From Lepidodermella squamata (taxonomy: Eukaryota; Animalia; Gastrotricha), in assembly GCA_047495785.1 (NCBI GenBank), contig JBLDXI010000029.1:3038001-3102000 (forward strand): 64,000 nucleotides of DNA. The letters run 5' to 3'. Position 1 is the stretch's first letter. Every line of letters begins with the position of its first letter. Below are positions 28,249 through 41,449 of the stretch, one piece after another. The notes beneath the pieces were generated by a model. That model had not been told where the DNA came from, did no database searches, and saw nothing but the letters and a program-made list of their open reading frames with translations. A program made the position numbers and the translations under genes.

Positions 28249-31200
28249 TTTTTTCAAAAATATTTCTATGATAAAAATCGTGATTGAATGAATTATGATT
28301 ACGCGCATGTGTGTGAGATAAATTTTCTCGTGTTATTAAGCGTGGCTTGTAATAATCAAACAATGTCGCGCCACGTCTAGCTGCTGCGTTACTCAACGTA
28401 TTATTACCTGACTGGTATATTGTTGCTTAGGACCAGCGCCTATTGTTTGTTTATCGACATGGAGGCGTAGGTTAGGCGCAAAAAATGGATGATGTAATAA
28501 GACGAGAGTGTGTGTGTAAAACCACGCGTGGTTTTTATCATGACTCAGCCGCATTATAAAACGCGCGCACACACACTTGACAAGTGAAAAATGGTAATTT
28601 CGGTCAAATTTTCACGTAATTAGAGCCCTATATCAATCGAATCAGCTCACTTTGCTCTATCGGAATATACTAATGGCTAAACACGTGATAAAAATTCCGA
28701 AAAATCCAGGTTTTTATTTGATTTGAGTGGTAATGTAACGATTTCCGTTAGTTCTAAAAGCGGACGACTGCGTTATATGTGTGTTGTGATTCAACGCTAT
28801 TGCAGGGTTTATGCCATAAATTTATAATGAACCAGTTACCTTAAGACGAAATTCGCCGTGTGCGGTGATTCATTGAACTATGTAGGGCAAATTGCGAGAT
28901 AAAAATTTCGCAAAAATTTCTATTTGATGAAGGGCAAAAAATGTTAGTCATAATAATAATAATAAGCTCATGTGTTTATACAATGACTTGTCGTGGCGCT
29001 GTGGCTATACGAAGGTGGTTTTTCGTGCTGTTTATAAATGAAAAAAAATATTCGAAAAAAGGAAAAAGCGACGAAAATAAAGCTAAAAATGCGCCCTGGA
29101 TTCCTGATTTTCTCACGGAATAAAATTGGGAAAAATTCCTAAAAAGTTCCTATTTAGAAGTTCTGATCATTATCGAAAAAATATAAAAATCATTTAAAAT
29201 TTTTTAAAAATCCTTAAAACAGGGAGAATTTAGAAAAAATATGCAAAATATTGTTCATAAATTTCCTGATATAAAAAAGAGTGCAGTCTTATTCCAACTT
29301 GATAAACCTTGATTTTAAATAAATATTGGTACTCGTAAATGTAAATTTTCCCAACTGCTGATTGGTACCGTTGTTAGGCAGTGCATTGTCATCAAAATAT
29401 TATTACCAGGTACCAGCGCAACATTATTAAAAAATATTAATTTTTATGAATGATTTCCTATATATATATAATATAACGGCAATATTTGCCTTAATTATTC
29501 AAGGCACATAGGAAAGTACCTTGGCCATCATAGCTTCCGAATAAACAAAAGTGCCTACTCACCTGGTACCGGTGCATTATTAATTGAATAATTATTATTG
29601 CTCACTCTCTGGACCCACGCATTGACATAAACCGGCAATGATTCGTGGGAGGCGAAATTTACAAGGGTGACTAATAAAATCGACATGAAATTCGGCGACA
29701 TATAATAACAGGAAGCGCGTGATAATTTCGGAGCAAATACCAAAATAGGTCAGTTTCGCAATGAAATGCACCGATTGCCGATTGATTTGGGACATCAAGT
29801 GACGGGCCGCGGTTCAAGTACCTGTAAATAAAAATCGTAAATATAATAAAAATAACCAGAAATAAATGCATATTTTGACGATGAAATAAGGCCATGTCAA
29901 TATTGAGGTCCATTCAGAACGAGAGCAGCAGTGATTTTTCAGAGGTCATCCTAATAGTCTAAAATACCAAAATTTCAATTTCAAATTATTTTTCGAATTT
30001 TTCGAATTTTTTTCTTCCATCACTTAATTTTGACAGGAGTTTCACAATCGAACCCTTTGATTTTAACTTTAAATCAGCCTTGAAATAAAAAAATTCCTTC
30101 CATCTTGACGTTTCAATTTTCCGGGGATCAAACTATTGTTGACTTAGTACGGCTGCAGCACCTGTACTGATTATGTTGGATTTATTTACCGAGTTAACAT
30201 CAGGAGCGGAAGCGATAACAGCTGTTCAGCTAAAATTTGATCGGCTTAGGGCTCCACTTGTCAGCCCAACAAAATTCCCATCAAATAAGGATTTATAGGA
30301 CTTTTCATCTCAACGACTCTTGATTTCGTTACCACAATTCCTAATTCATGGCTTTTGAATTTTGAACATTTCCTGGAATTTATGATAATTTTTCTACGAT
30401 TTTTCAATATTTACTTCGAAGTTCGATAAAATTCCTTCAAGTTTAAACAAAATTCTAATTTTTTTGAAAATATACTTTTCAATTCCTATACACCCGAGTC
30501 TCAGCGAAATTATAGGCACCTATGTGGACACCTTAGGGTTCTGGCACAAACCATGGGGCTCCATACCTTAGTGTCTTCAAAATTCGACCTATCGATTGAC
30601 TAGTTTTCCATTAAATAGGATTTTTCTTATCGCTGGGCTCGACCGATAATTCGCACTATTACGCGTATCAGGGGCTCTATCGGTGGTCAGTTTATGTGTT
30701 ACATTTCATCCTGTAGAGCTGATAACGATCGATTTTATCTATCTGTCCATCTATGTTATATCAATAACCGATATCTTCAACACCCAAAGCTAACAAGATA
30801 TGAACCCGATATCGATTTCAAGTTTCGATTGTAACATTGAATGATTTTTCTGAGATCAACAATTGTTTTCGATGCGCAACCAGTTGTTTTATTTCTAAAT
30901 ATTTTCCCTATTATTTACCGATTTTCCCAATAAAATTTAGACAATACCAGCCTTCTGCCACGAAAAACCCGAAAAATCCCAGGTTCGGTAATTATCGGTA
31001 TTTTACCAGGCTTTACCGAATTTCTCCGGATTTTAATATCTGTTGCAAATTTTCGAAGCATTGTTATTCTGGCAATTTGGATAGGACATTCCGATCTTAT
31101 TTCCATGGTTGGGTTACTTATGGGACTCACTAGAAGTGCTAAAATGGTCATGTCTAGTGCAGGAATCTCGATCTTAGTGGTTCACACAATTTCCTGAATT

Positions 31201-31460
31201 TTTTTAATTTCAACATTTTTTAATAGGTATTTTCTTGGAAGGGCCAAAAATAATTTCCCAAATTTTGATCTATTTTATTTTATAATTTAGAAAATATAAT
31301 TATTCGGAATTTGTTATCGCACGATAATTTCGATAATTACGGCGATAATTGATTTTATTTCCGAAGTAAATAATCCCCGAAAATTGGTGCGAGTGACGAA
31401 GCTTGGCAGCAAGTCATCGCGGCATCGCAACCGCCCCAGCCATCCACGTTCCGCCTAATT

Positions 31461-32036
31461 ATGGACATGCAGACCCTACTCATCCTACTTATCGCCCTAT
31501 TCGCCCTACTCGCATGGGCCATCGTCGGTATTCTGCTGTGCCTCATCTGCAAACGGCGCAAAAAGGTGCGGCGGCATCGTCACATCAGCAATCGAGCCCG
31601 AATTTTACATAATAACAATAATAACCGCGAAATCAGCCTGGTCGAGGTTGCGCCGCCTAATTACAACAGTTCAATGCTCGAGGCGGTTGAATTCGCGAAT
31701 TCGATTCAATTATCGCCGAAACCGGTCGTGCTACTGCCGGGTAATTTAATAGGACAAAGTGCCTCAAACTCGACGCCATCATTCGGTACCAGCTTGGCAC
31801 CACCAAGCCGGCCTCATCGACATAGCAATAATAATAATAACCGACGGCATAACAGTGTGTCAACTCATAATGTGAGTCATCAGCTGCGATTTGGGTCAAC
31901 TTCGTCGGCGAATACGTTGATGATGGTCGCTTCAGCGCCGGTTCAGCCGTTCCCGATCATCGGCGAGGAATCTCCGCCTAGTTACGAAGAATCGATGCGC
32001 AGCAGTCGAAGTGCCGTTGTCAGTTACCGCCGGTGA
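31461..32036 (+). CDS. Small single-pass membrane protein with PPxY motifs (WW-domain/NEDD4 adaptor-like)
   Basis: N-terminal TM LLILLIALFALLAWAIVGILL, juxtamembrane CLIC, basic KRRKKVRR, and a disordered tail with PPNY and PPSY. GC-rich intronless ORF in AT-rich surroundings. Confidence 0.75.
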   Translation: MDMQTLLILLIALFALLAWAIVGILLCLICKRRKKVRRHRHISNRARILHNNNNNREISLVEVAPPNYNSSMLEAVEFANSIQLSPKPVVLLPGNLIGQSASNSTPSFGTSLAPPSRPHRHSNNNNNRRHNSVSTHNVSHQLRFGSTSSANTLMMVASAPVQPFPIIGEESPPSYEESMRSSRSAVVSYRR

Positions 32037-33569
32037 TGCACAACAAATTAATTAGTAAATTTATTATAAAAATTATTTCTCGAATTATTATTTGTTGAAA
32101 AATGCGATTTATTTCTTGTCGAGGAAAAATTTAATTTTTCTTCTCTGTGTTTTTATTGCTCAGATCTGCGAATTGGAGCAGTTTTCGCTAAGTTGGAAGA
32201 CTTATTGCCATTGTTGTTGTTGATTTTGCGTTATGTGCGATTTTTCAAAAAAATCAGCCATTTTTCCTCATGTCGTGACCTCGTTTTTTGAGCGCTATTA
32301 TGACACCAAGTGAATTTTCGGAAAATAAAATAATATTGACGTGTGCTCATCATTTCCGATGCTAATAATGTTTTACGTAATCCTGGATACCCACAGCAGT
32401 ATGCCCTAATTGACGGGATTTCTTAGCTGAAAGACCGACGTTTAGCATCCTTAATTAGGTTCATTCAAAAACCAAATAATTGCAAGTTAGGGCTGATTGC
32501 GTCGAGGGAGGTTGAATATTCCAGTGGGGGGGTCACTTTGACATGCCAGAATAGGGACGACTTACGCATAGGATATCTCGGAGGTAGCAAGAAGGAGACG
32601 ACTTGATCGGGTTACCGTTCGAAAGCCCGAGAAAAGGCTAACCTGAATATCTATAAGAAATTAACAAACAATTAAATACAACCTTTAGAAAGCGGCCGCG
32701 GTTCTTGCACTTGGTATTCGCCTTTCTCCTATTTACTTTGAAGGACAGAGCATTGAACTAAAATTTGTTTCATATTCACAGCCGCGATACTCACAGTCCG
32801 GGCAATGACTGTGGTGAACTTTCAATTTTCTGGTTTGGCTGAGGAATTCTTAGTAGTACTTGTCATCGACTTTATCGCTCATCGGCTTACGAGACTTACT
32901 TGAGTTGGATTTTTTTTCTCTTTTTCGGCTTTTAAATACAAGGTACAAACAACAGGTTGCTATTGGCGGGGAATGCGACGATCGGCTGTTCATGCATGAA
33001 AACAGTATGTTTTCTACCGTGTCGAGGTATGATAGGCTAGGGTTTTCCACGGGTCGAAAATCGAGGCTTGACCTTGCCCGTCAGTAAATATCTTCAAACA
33101 GACCGAGCGGAGAAATATGGCCCACTAACCCAGTTACACCACATCCCGCCCACGGCATAACGGGTAAAACCATCCAGGCAGAAAACTGCGTTTTGAGTAT
33201 TAAAATTACATTTTTCATTTGTTTTTTCTTTCTCCTGCACACGATAAAAAACATGTTAGAAGCAGACGTAAAACGACGAGGTCAAGGTTTGATGTCAAAG
33301 TGGAAATAGGTCGCTTTCATCAATCGCGTGTCGTCTGGCCAAAGTTCAATTCCAAAAATAGCCCAACCATTATTTCTTGAACACCCTGTACGTCCGCAAA
33401 GAGGAGACCTTATGAGTTGGATAACGTTTGAAAGCCGAGAAAAGACCATCCTGAATGTCTATAATAAGCATATACCCATATTGCATTATTTTGTATCAAG
33501 GACAGGGTTATTTGAGGGTGAAATTAGGATTCAGGCAAAATCCGACGACTCTGAGGCCGAGCATCTATG

Positions 33570-34040
33570 TTCCAAAATGAAGTTCGAATGAATGGTCTGC
33601 GGTTTGCGCTGGGTTGTGTCTTAGGGATCTAAGGCATTTGAACGGTTTCATCTGGCCAAGCATACCAGAGTTCGGTTTGGTATCGATTTCCCGTAAATCA
33701 AATCTGAATGTATCGATTGGATAGTAAAATCGAATATTTCGAATCGATATTTCGATGAGTCCCGGTCCGATTACCCCCTTGATATGAATACTTATCAATG
33801 CATAGGAACTTCTGAAAAGATTCGAGAAGGTTCCCGGAGTTCTTTTCACGGATATGTGAATGAACTAGAATCCTATGTAGGACGTCGGGCATGTTGCTTG
33901 GACTTTGTATTGGCCAATGCCCTTTCTTCTTTGAAGGAAACAGCTCTGTAGTTGAATAAAATGTAAATTGAAGGGCTCCATGTAGCGTGGAGGCATCCAA
34001 AATAGTAACGCCCCGTATACGCAAATAAACTCTTTAATTC
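33570..34040 (-). mobile_element. Highly decayed LINE (CR1-like) ORF2 C-terminal fragment
   Basis: Across shifting frames: LKSLFAY...LDAS...WSP...SY...NLLESF, resembling the post-RT region of CR1/L2 elements. Confidence 0.4.
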
Positions 34041-34121
34041 TGAGAAAAGCGCCAAAGTACTGAAAATAATTCTGAAAATTTCGAAAATCTCGATACACAA
34101 AATTCTAATCTTATTACATAG

Positions 34122-37052
34122 TTATCTAGCGTTAGCTTTTATCAAAATATCAATTGTTTTCTCCTTGTCCTCATCTGTAACTTCGATTTCGCATTCCATA
34201 GCGTAATGCAGAGCAGTTTTTCCATCATTGCAGACCGCGTTGACATTTGCTCGAAATTTATTGATCAGCGTATCGACTACTGCGTGTTCGCCGCGTTCTG
34301 CTGCTAACATCAATGGTGTACGGCCATCACTAGCGGCTGTCTCGACATTGGCGTTAAACTGGCCAGCCAGTGTCTTCACCAACTCGACGTGGCCATTACC
34401 GGCGGCGGCGTGCAAAGGTGTAACTCCACTTAATTCATAGACATCTGAAGTGGTAGCCTCGACATTGGCGTTGAACTGGCCAGCCAGTGTCTTCACCACC
34501 TCGACGTGGCCATTAGCGGCGGCGACGTGCAATGGTGTAATGCGATATTCATTGATGTTAGCTTCGACATTGGCGTTAAAGTTGCCAGCCAGTGTCTTCA
34601 CCATCTCGACGTTGCCCAAACCGGCGGCGATTTCCAAAGCTGTAAAGCCACCTAATTCACAATCTGTAAATATAGCTTCGACATTGGCGTTGAACTGGCC
34701 AGCCAGTGTCTTCACCACCTCGACATGACCATTAACAGCGGCGACGAGCAATGGTGTAAGGCCACATTCATTGTTGTTAGCCTCGACATTGGCGTTAAAC
34801 TTGCCAGCCAGTGTCTTTACCACCTCGACGTGGCCTTTACTGGCGGCGATGTGCAATGGTGCCAAGCCATATTTATCGTTGTTAGCCTCGACATTGGCGT
34901 TAAACTTGCCAGCCAGTGTCTTTACCATCTCGACGTGGCCATTACCGGCGGCGATGTGCAAAGGTGTATCGCCATATTTATCTGTAGCCTCGACATTGGC
35001 GTTGAATTGTTCGAGAAGGATCTCCAAAATGTCGTTGTATCCTAAGTCAGCAGCAATATACAGCAAAGGAGACCCATCTTCGTCTCTGCAGTTGGCGGTA
35101 AGACCGAGCTTCTTATCCGCCAGTAGCTCCACTAATTTCAACTTGTCGTTGTTCCGCACGCATTTAAATAACTCCTGATAAATAAAATCATAATCAACTC
35201 ATCGACGATGCCTAATTCAGTACCTGAACAGCCTCTGCATCTGGCTGTGGCGTTGTGGTAGTGGACAAGTCAGCCTGAAAATCGGAAGAACCACACTCAC
35301 GCTGATCTCTGGCTAAAAATCTCACCTCATTATCCTCTGGCGCGTTCAGTAGAAAGGTATCTTTCACGAGCTGATCAGTACTCGGTCGAACCTCAGCGTT
35401 TCTCGTGAGCATGGCCATTACAAATTCGCTGATACATTTTGAATAACCACGAGACTCGTCGAACTGTTGAGCTTCATGTCTAAAGGAAGCGACATTCAGT
35501 AGTTTCCGATTGAATCCTGTTAGCCGTAGATGGAGTAGGATCCACGAAGGGATGAAGGGTACGCTTGGATAAATTCAGCCTCAAATTTATCTAACAAAAG
35601 GCGGGTCCCCCTAGTGTTTTTAAGGTTGCCACGCCTGAACCTCTCGAGTAGGGTGTGACTTTTTTCATCCTACCAATGTCTTTTTTTTATCCGACCAATG
35701 TCTCATTTCATCCGGCGACCAAAAATGTGACTAAAATCATTCGACATTAAAATATCGATTTTCTCGATTTTCCCGAATTCGATTTGTCCATATCCCGTTC
35801 ATGCACCCTATTTTGGCCCCCGAACTGGCAGCATTTTATGGTTATAACAATCCGAGTGGTAGCTTTTTTACTGTAATTTTTTGAAAATGTGAAAAAGTCA
35901 GCAGGTTTTAGTCACATTTTTGGTTGTCGGATGGAATAAGACAGACATTGGTCGAATAAAAAAAGACATTGATCGGATGAAAAAGTTCTCTCGAGGTGGG
36001 GCGCCCACCTGTACCTCTTCTTCGCACACTGCCTGTGGGAATATGTGAAGTAGCTAATCTGACTTACGTCTCGATAGTTTGCATTGGGTCGAACTATAAA
36101 AAATAAATGAAACTTGAATGACAAGGTTAACTCATTGTCAAACTGGTATTTTGTAGTTCGCAAGTTGGTAAAGCGTAACACCCAGCGACCAGACATCACT
36201 AGCTTGTGACAAAGGCGCGCCGTTCCATACTTCAGGGGGCAAATAGCAATACATAGTTTCCAATAGAGATATCGTTTTTGATTTTCTGAAAAATTATGGC
36301 TATAAAATACATGTAAAATCTTAAATACGATGGCTTTACGTGTCGAAAGTTTCGATTATTCCCAACTCCGCCAATTTCACGGTGCCTTGATTCTTCGATA
36401 GTAGGATGTTGCTTGGCTTAATGTTGCCATGGACAATGTCTTGACTGTGTAGATAATGCAAAGCCGATACGAGCTGGCGAGACCAACTATGCAGCCTAAC
36501 TTCGCGAATCGGCGCACCCTTAGCTTTGATCAGAGTTTCGAAACTTCCGCCCCCGCAAAACTCCATCACCAAATATTGCAGGGATTGTTTATAACAAGCA
36601 ACGTCACTACCTAGGTCTTCCTCTTTTTGAACAAAATCTTTGAGATAGGTTTGACATGATAGTATTACATGCAAACCTTCGAACGTGCCAAATACTCGGA
36701 CAATGTTTGGGTGGTTAATTTTTACCATTTTCAAATCCTGAAAACAAGATTTAAATTCTTTATGACATCCCAAGTAGTTATCAGCAACTTTGGATTGTTT
36801 AATTCCATTTCCAATGTTCTCAAGAATTAATGGATTCCTTACTTTTTCGCGAAGAAGTCGGGTAATTGTTTCAAAGTCTTCCTCGAATTCCCCCTGCAGC
36901 TTGCTCAGATTAGCTTTTTTAATGACGAAGTCGTAGGGGTAACACGTATCGCGTCTGCATAGTTGTGCGTCTCTAAGGAGTTTCTCGTTACATAACAAAC
37001 CCTTAACGTCTGTGAACTCGGCTATTGATCGAAACGAGTAGGGTGAAGTCAT
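34122..37052 (-). CDS. Pseudokinase-ankyrin repeat fusion protein, copy A (apparently intact, multi-exon)
   Basis: ATG 37052. Exons give FVIKK, HPNIV, LVMEFC, HGNIKPSNILL, KLAELG, YLPPE, SDVWSLG, ML...RP, then a linker exon and a terminal exon (about 35176-34122) with 9 ankyrin repeats, 6 of them internal KTLAG-type repeats. Intron phases are compatible. Confidence 0.8.
35649..35987. mobile_element. hAT-type MITE in an intron of copy A
   Basis: 8-bp TSD ctctcgag (35641-35648, 35988-35995), 5' end tagggtg, ~45-bp inverted repeats. Absent at the equivalent site in copies B and C. The right terminus lacks its last ~9 bp. Confidence 0.8.
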
Positions 37053-37639
37053 CTCCAAGCAGCTAAAAATGTATTCTCAAAATGAAAAAGCGCAATAGGG
37101 CCGGTTCTAGGTAAGTGATAGGCCGTATACAATATCAACAGCAATGTTTCTTGCCGTTACGATGATAAGAAGCTTGCGCGGGCGAAGGCTTCTTTCATAC
37201 GCCACTGATATGAAAATCTGTCATAAGACGGTTTTCTGTTATTCATCTTAGTTCGGATATGCATGATCAAAGTCCAACTTATAAATAGAAACAGGTTCGT
37301 GATTCCGTTATTTTGTTGTCGTATTTAATCTTTAAAAAAAGTAAAATATAAAGAAACTAGTCCAATGGAGGCGGCTCGAACTATGGATCTTCTGACCACT
37401 ACGCTATCATTTTCGGTTGAGAATAAGAGCTGTGAATAGATGGGAATAAGGGAGTATGGTCAATTTTGCCATTGGGAAATTGAATTTCTCTATGGCTACC
37501 AAGAATCTTGGCAGCATTTCACTTGGAATTGGCCACAAAACCCCCATTTCATTATCTCGAAAATCTTAGGAAAGTCACAAAAACAACGAAAATCTCTATT
37601 TTACTTAAAAGCAATTTCACGTGCAAAAACAAAGATATG

Positions 37640-38540
37640 ACAAAATGAGGCGAAAAACGAGGTCGTCGAAATCTTTTGCTGGCAGTTGTCGCGATGCAGA
37701 TCCGGTTTTTCCTCCGGAATCGCGGTTTTGAGCAGCAACTGAAATTCAGCGACTAGCCATAGCAACGTTAGAGGCGACAATGACTGGTTTCTCGGCGCGT
37801 CTTCGACCGACAAAATTCGACCGGCCATCGCCCAACAGCATCACTGAGGTATACGCCGATCACCGATGACCTCACCATCTGTGCCACCTGTATGAATTTC
37901 AAAACCGCCCAAGAAGCAGCCCGATCTGAAATAAACTGAATCTTCGCCAGTGACTGGCACCAAAAATTCAATGCAAGCAAAAGCGAACATGGCATTCGGC
38001 ACTGTGCCAACCCAAAACCCAACTCAACCTATCCGTTAAGTGAATCGTGGACCCCGGATCCGGCGGTCACCTCCATCCGTGTCCTGGGCATTCACTTAGA
38101 TCCGGCGACTAACGTGGCAGACCCACATCGATCAAGCGCTACGTCGCTGCTCTCAGGACATCATGTCATTGTTCCACCGAATAGCCAGGACCCCAGGCCC
38201 GAATCTGCGCTGCGTCAGGATGGTGTATTTCTCCCTGATTCGCGCCATTCGCATATGGCAACATCGTCCTTGGCAGTATGTCAGCGCGACAACTGAAACG
38301 CCTCGAAGTGCTAGAAAACGACTGCCTGCGTGCCGCGTGCCGCCCTCCGGGCGCGCTGCAGTGACCGCTTGCAACCACCGCGCTCAAGCAGCACATCCAC
38401 GTCGAATCCCTTGACCGGTTCTTACAAAAATGTCAGACCCGCTACGTGGCCAACGCCGTTACAACCATCCTCCACGTACGAGAGGACATCGAAGACTCTG
38501 AAAGGACCCGCCAGCTCGGTCCCCCATCGCCTATCTTTAA
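37640..38540 (+). mobile_element. Decayed LINE reverse-transcriptase 3' fragment
   Basis: GC-rich. Fragments EVYAD, KFNASKSE, IRVLGIHLD and RMVYFSLIR follow LINE RT domains 5-7 and the downstream region, with many frameshifts. Confidence 0.65.
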
Positions 38541-39228
38541 ACCTAACTAAATGCTCAATGCTCAATTTCATACTCTTGCGAATACAAACAAACCTCTTTC
38601 CGCGTTTGCAATTGCCTCATGCTTTGTATAAGTATTCGGATACTTGTACATTTGTATATATCGTTAGCGACGTTGAATAACTCGGATTTAAGCTTGTTTA
38701 CGTCCGTTTCAAAGTTAGAGGTGGCAAGTAAAAATTCTTTTGTTTTACCTCTTCATTCACGATAAGAAGACTGAATGAATGAATTATGCATCAAGACTGA
38801 ATCGAATTACAACAATTGAAGAATTGTCATGTCCATCGTGGCAGCTGTTTCACGAGACGCCAAGTTCAAATTTTGGCGTTGACAGAAAAATCCTTGAAGA
38901 AACGCTGGCCTTGCGACTAAGCCGAAATCGAAGACTATCCAGAAAGTTTGGAAACAAAAACAATCAAGGCATATTTGCAGGATTTCATAATTTTCTATCC
39001 CTATGGCCCTGACCTTACTCGATATTTGAAAAAATTGAATGCCTGCTTTTCAATATATATCACTCGGGTAAAATCACACGAAAACAATCTCGATAACTGC
39101 GCTCAGCCGGCAGCAAATTAACGATAAAGAACTGAAACTTGAAACAATTCTAAACATTTCGAAAATTAAATAAGCAATCGCGGCAATTCTCATGAAAAAA
39201 ATCGCGATTCCGTTTCATATTACTCTAG

Positions 39229-41449
39229 TTATCTAGCGTCATTCGCTTTTATAAGGATGTCAATTGTTTTCTGCTTCTTCTCGGCTGTAACATACCAGAA
39301 GCAGTTTTTAGCGTAATGCAAAGCCGTTTTTCCTTCATTGCAGGCCGCGTTAACATTTGCTCGAAATTCATTTATCAGCGTATCGACTACGGCGTGTTCG
39401 CCGCGATTCGCTGCGACGATTAACGGTGTGTGGCCTTTTTTATTGGCAGCCTCGGCATTGGCGTTAAACTGGCCAGCCAGTGTCTTCACCACATTGACGT
39501 GGCCATTCCAGGCTGCGTCGTGCAAAGGTGTATCGCCACCTTTATCATTAACCTCAACATTGGCGTTGAACTGGGCAGCCAGCGTCTTCACCACCTCGGA
39601 GTTACCGTAATAAGCGGCCTTGTGCAAAGGTGTCCGGCCCCAGTTATTGGTAGCCTCAACATTAGCGTTGAACTGGCCGGCCAGTGTCTTCATCATCTCG
39701 ACATGTCCCTTCCAGGCTGCGTCGTGCAGAGGTGTATCGCCATATTTGTCTTTAGTCTCGACTTTGGCGCTTAATTGCTCGAGAAGGATCCACACAATGT
39801 CATTGTAGCCTGAGCGAACAGCAGTACATAGCAAGGACACCCATCTGTGTCTCTGCAGCTGGAGCTAAGACCCAGCTTCTTATCCTCCAGTAGCTTCATT
39901 AATTTCAACTTATCGTTGTTCCGCACGCATTTAAATAACTCCTGATAAACATAATCACAATAAACTCATCGACGTTGCATAATTCAATACCTCAACAGCC
40001 TTTGCATCTGGTTGCGGCGTTGTGGTCGTGGACAAGTCCGCAGTCCGCCTGAAAAACGGAAGAAAAACAGAATACTCACGCTGATGTCTAGCCTCTGGCT
40101 AAAAATCACACCTCGATATCCTCTGGTGCGTTCAGTAGAAAGGTATCGTTTACGAGCTGATCAGTGATCGGCCGAACCTCAGCGTTTCTCGTGAGCATGG
40201 CCATTACAAATTCGCTGATACATTTTGAATAACCACGAGACTCGTCGAACATTTGAGCTTCTTCTCTAAACAAAGCGAGATTCAGTAGTTTTAGATTGAA
40301 TCCTGTGAGCAGTGGATAAAGTCGGATCCCCGAGGTGAAGGTACTGGACAATTTCAGCCTCGAATTTACCTGACAGAAAGGTCCTCCTCATAGTTTTTAA
40401 GTTTTTCACGCCTGGACCCTCGACCTCTCGAGGTGGGGCACACTGCCTGAGAAAATATATGATAGTTAATCCGACTTACGTCAAGATTGTGTGCATCGGG
40501 TCGAACTAAATAAATAAATTAGTCTTGAATTTCAACGTTAACTCATTGCCAAACCGGTCTATTGTAGTTCGCGAGCTCGTACAGCGTCACACCCAGCGAC
40601 CAGACATCACTAGCTTGTGACAATGGCGCACCGTTCCATACTTCAGGGGGCAAATAGCAACACGTAGTTTCCAATAGAGATAACGTTTTTGATTTTCTGA
40701 AAAATTATGGCCAAAATCTATGTAACATCTCAAATACGATGGCTTTACGTGTCAAAGGCTTCGATTATCCCTAACTCTGCCAATTTCACGGTGCCTTGAT
40801 TCTTCGATAGTAGGATGTTGCTTGGCTTAATGTTGCCATGGACAATGTCTTGCTTGTGTAGATAATCCAAAGCCGAGACGAGCTGACGAGACCAACTATG
40901 AAGCCTAACTTCGCGAATCGGCTCACCGTTAGCTCTGATCAGAGTTTCGAAACTTCCGCCAACGCAATACTCCATTACCAGGAGGTTAAAACAAGTAACG
41001 TCACTACCCGGATATTTTTCTAAATTAAATGTTAAGGATTAATTTTTACGAGACAGAATTAGATGCGAACCTTCGAACGTGCCAAATACTCGGACAATGT
41101 TTGGGTGGCTAATTTTTACCATTTTCATATCCTGGAAAGAAGATAAAAGGATTCATAACATCTAGTTATCAGCAACACTGGATTTCTAAATTTCATTTCC
41201 AATGTTCTCACTGATTGCAAGAATGGATAGATTCCTTACTTTTTCGCGAAGAAGTCGGGTAATAGTTTCAAAGTCTTCCTTGAATTTCGCCTGCAGCTTG
41301 CTCAGATTAGCTTTTTTAATTACGAAGTCGTAAGGGTAACACCCATCGCGTCTGTATAAATACGCGTCTCTGAGGAGTTTCTCGCTGCCTAGCAAAGGTT
41401 GAACTTCCGTTAACTCGGCTATTGATTGAAACGAGTAGGGCGATGTCAT
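39229..41449 (-). pseudogene. Pseudokinase-ankyrin copy B (kinase-like exons open, ankyrin part out of frame)
   Basis: Same exon structure as A and C. A 7-bp tandem duplication gcggact-gcggact (about 40035-40048) in the linker exon leads to TGA, and there is a 1-bp deletion near 39833 relative to copy C. 6 ankyrin repeats (3 internal). Confidence 0.7.

Noticed and set aside
29555-29913. Overlapping short minus-strand ORFs with a hydrophobic stretch
   Set aside because: The hydrophobic part looks intron-like and no consistent exon chain or family motif was found; a small gene cannot be excluded.
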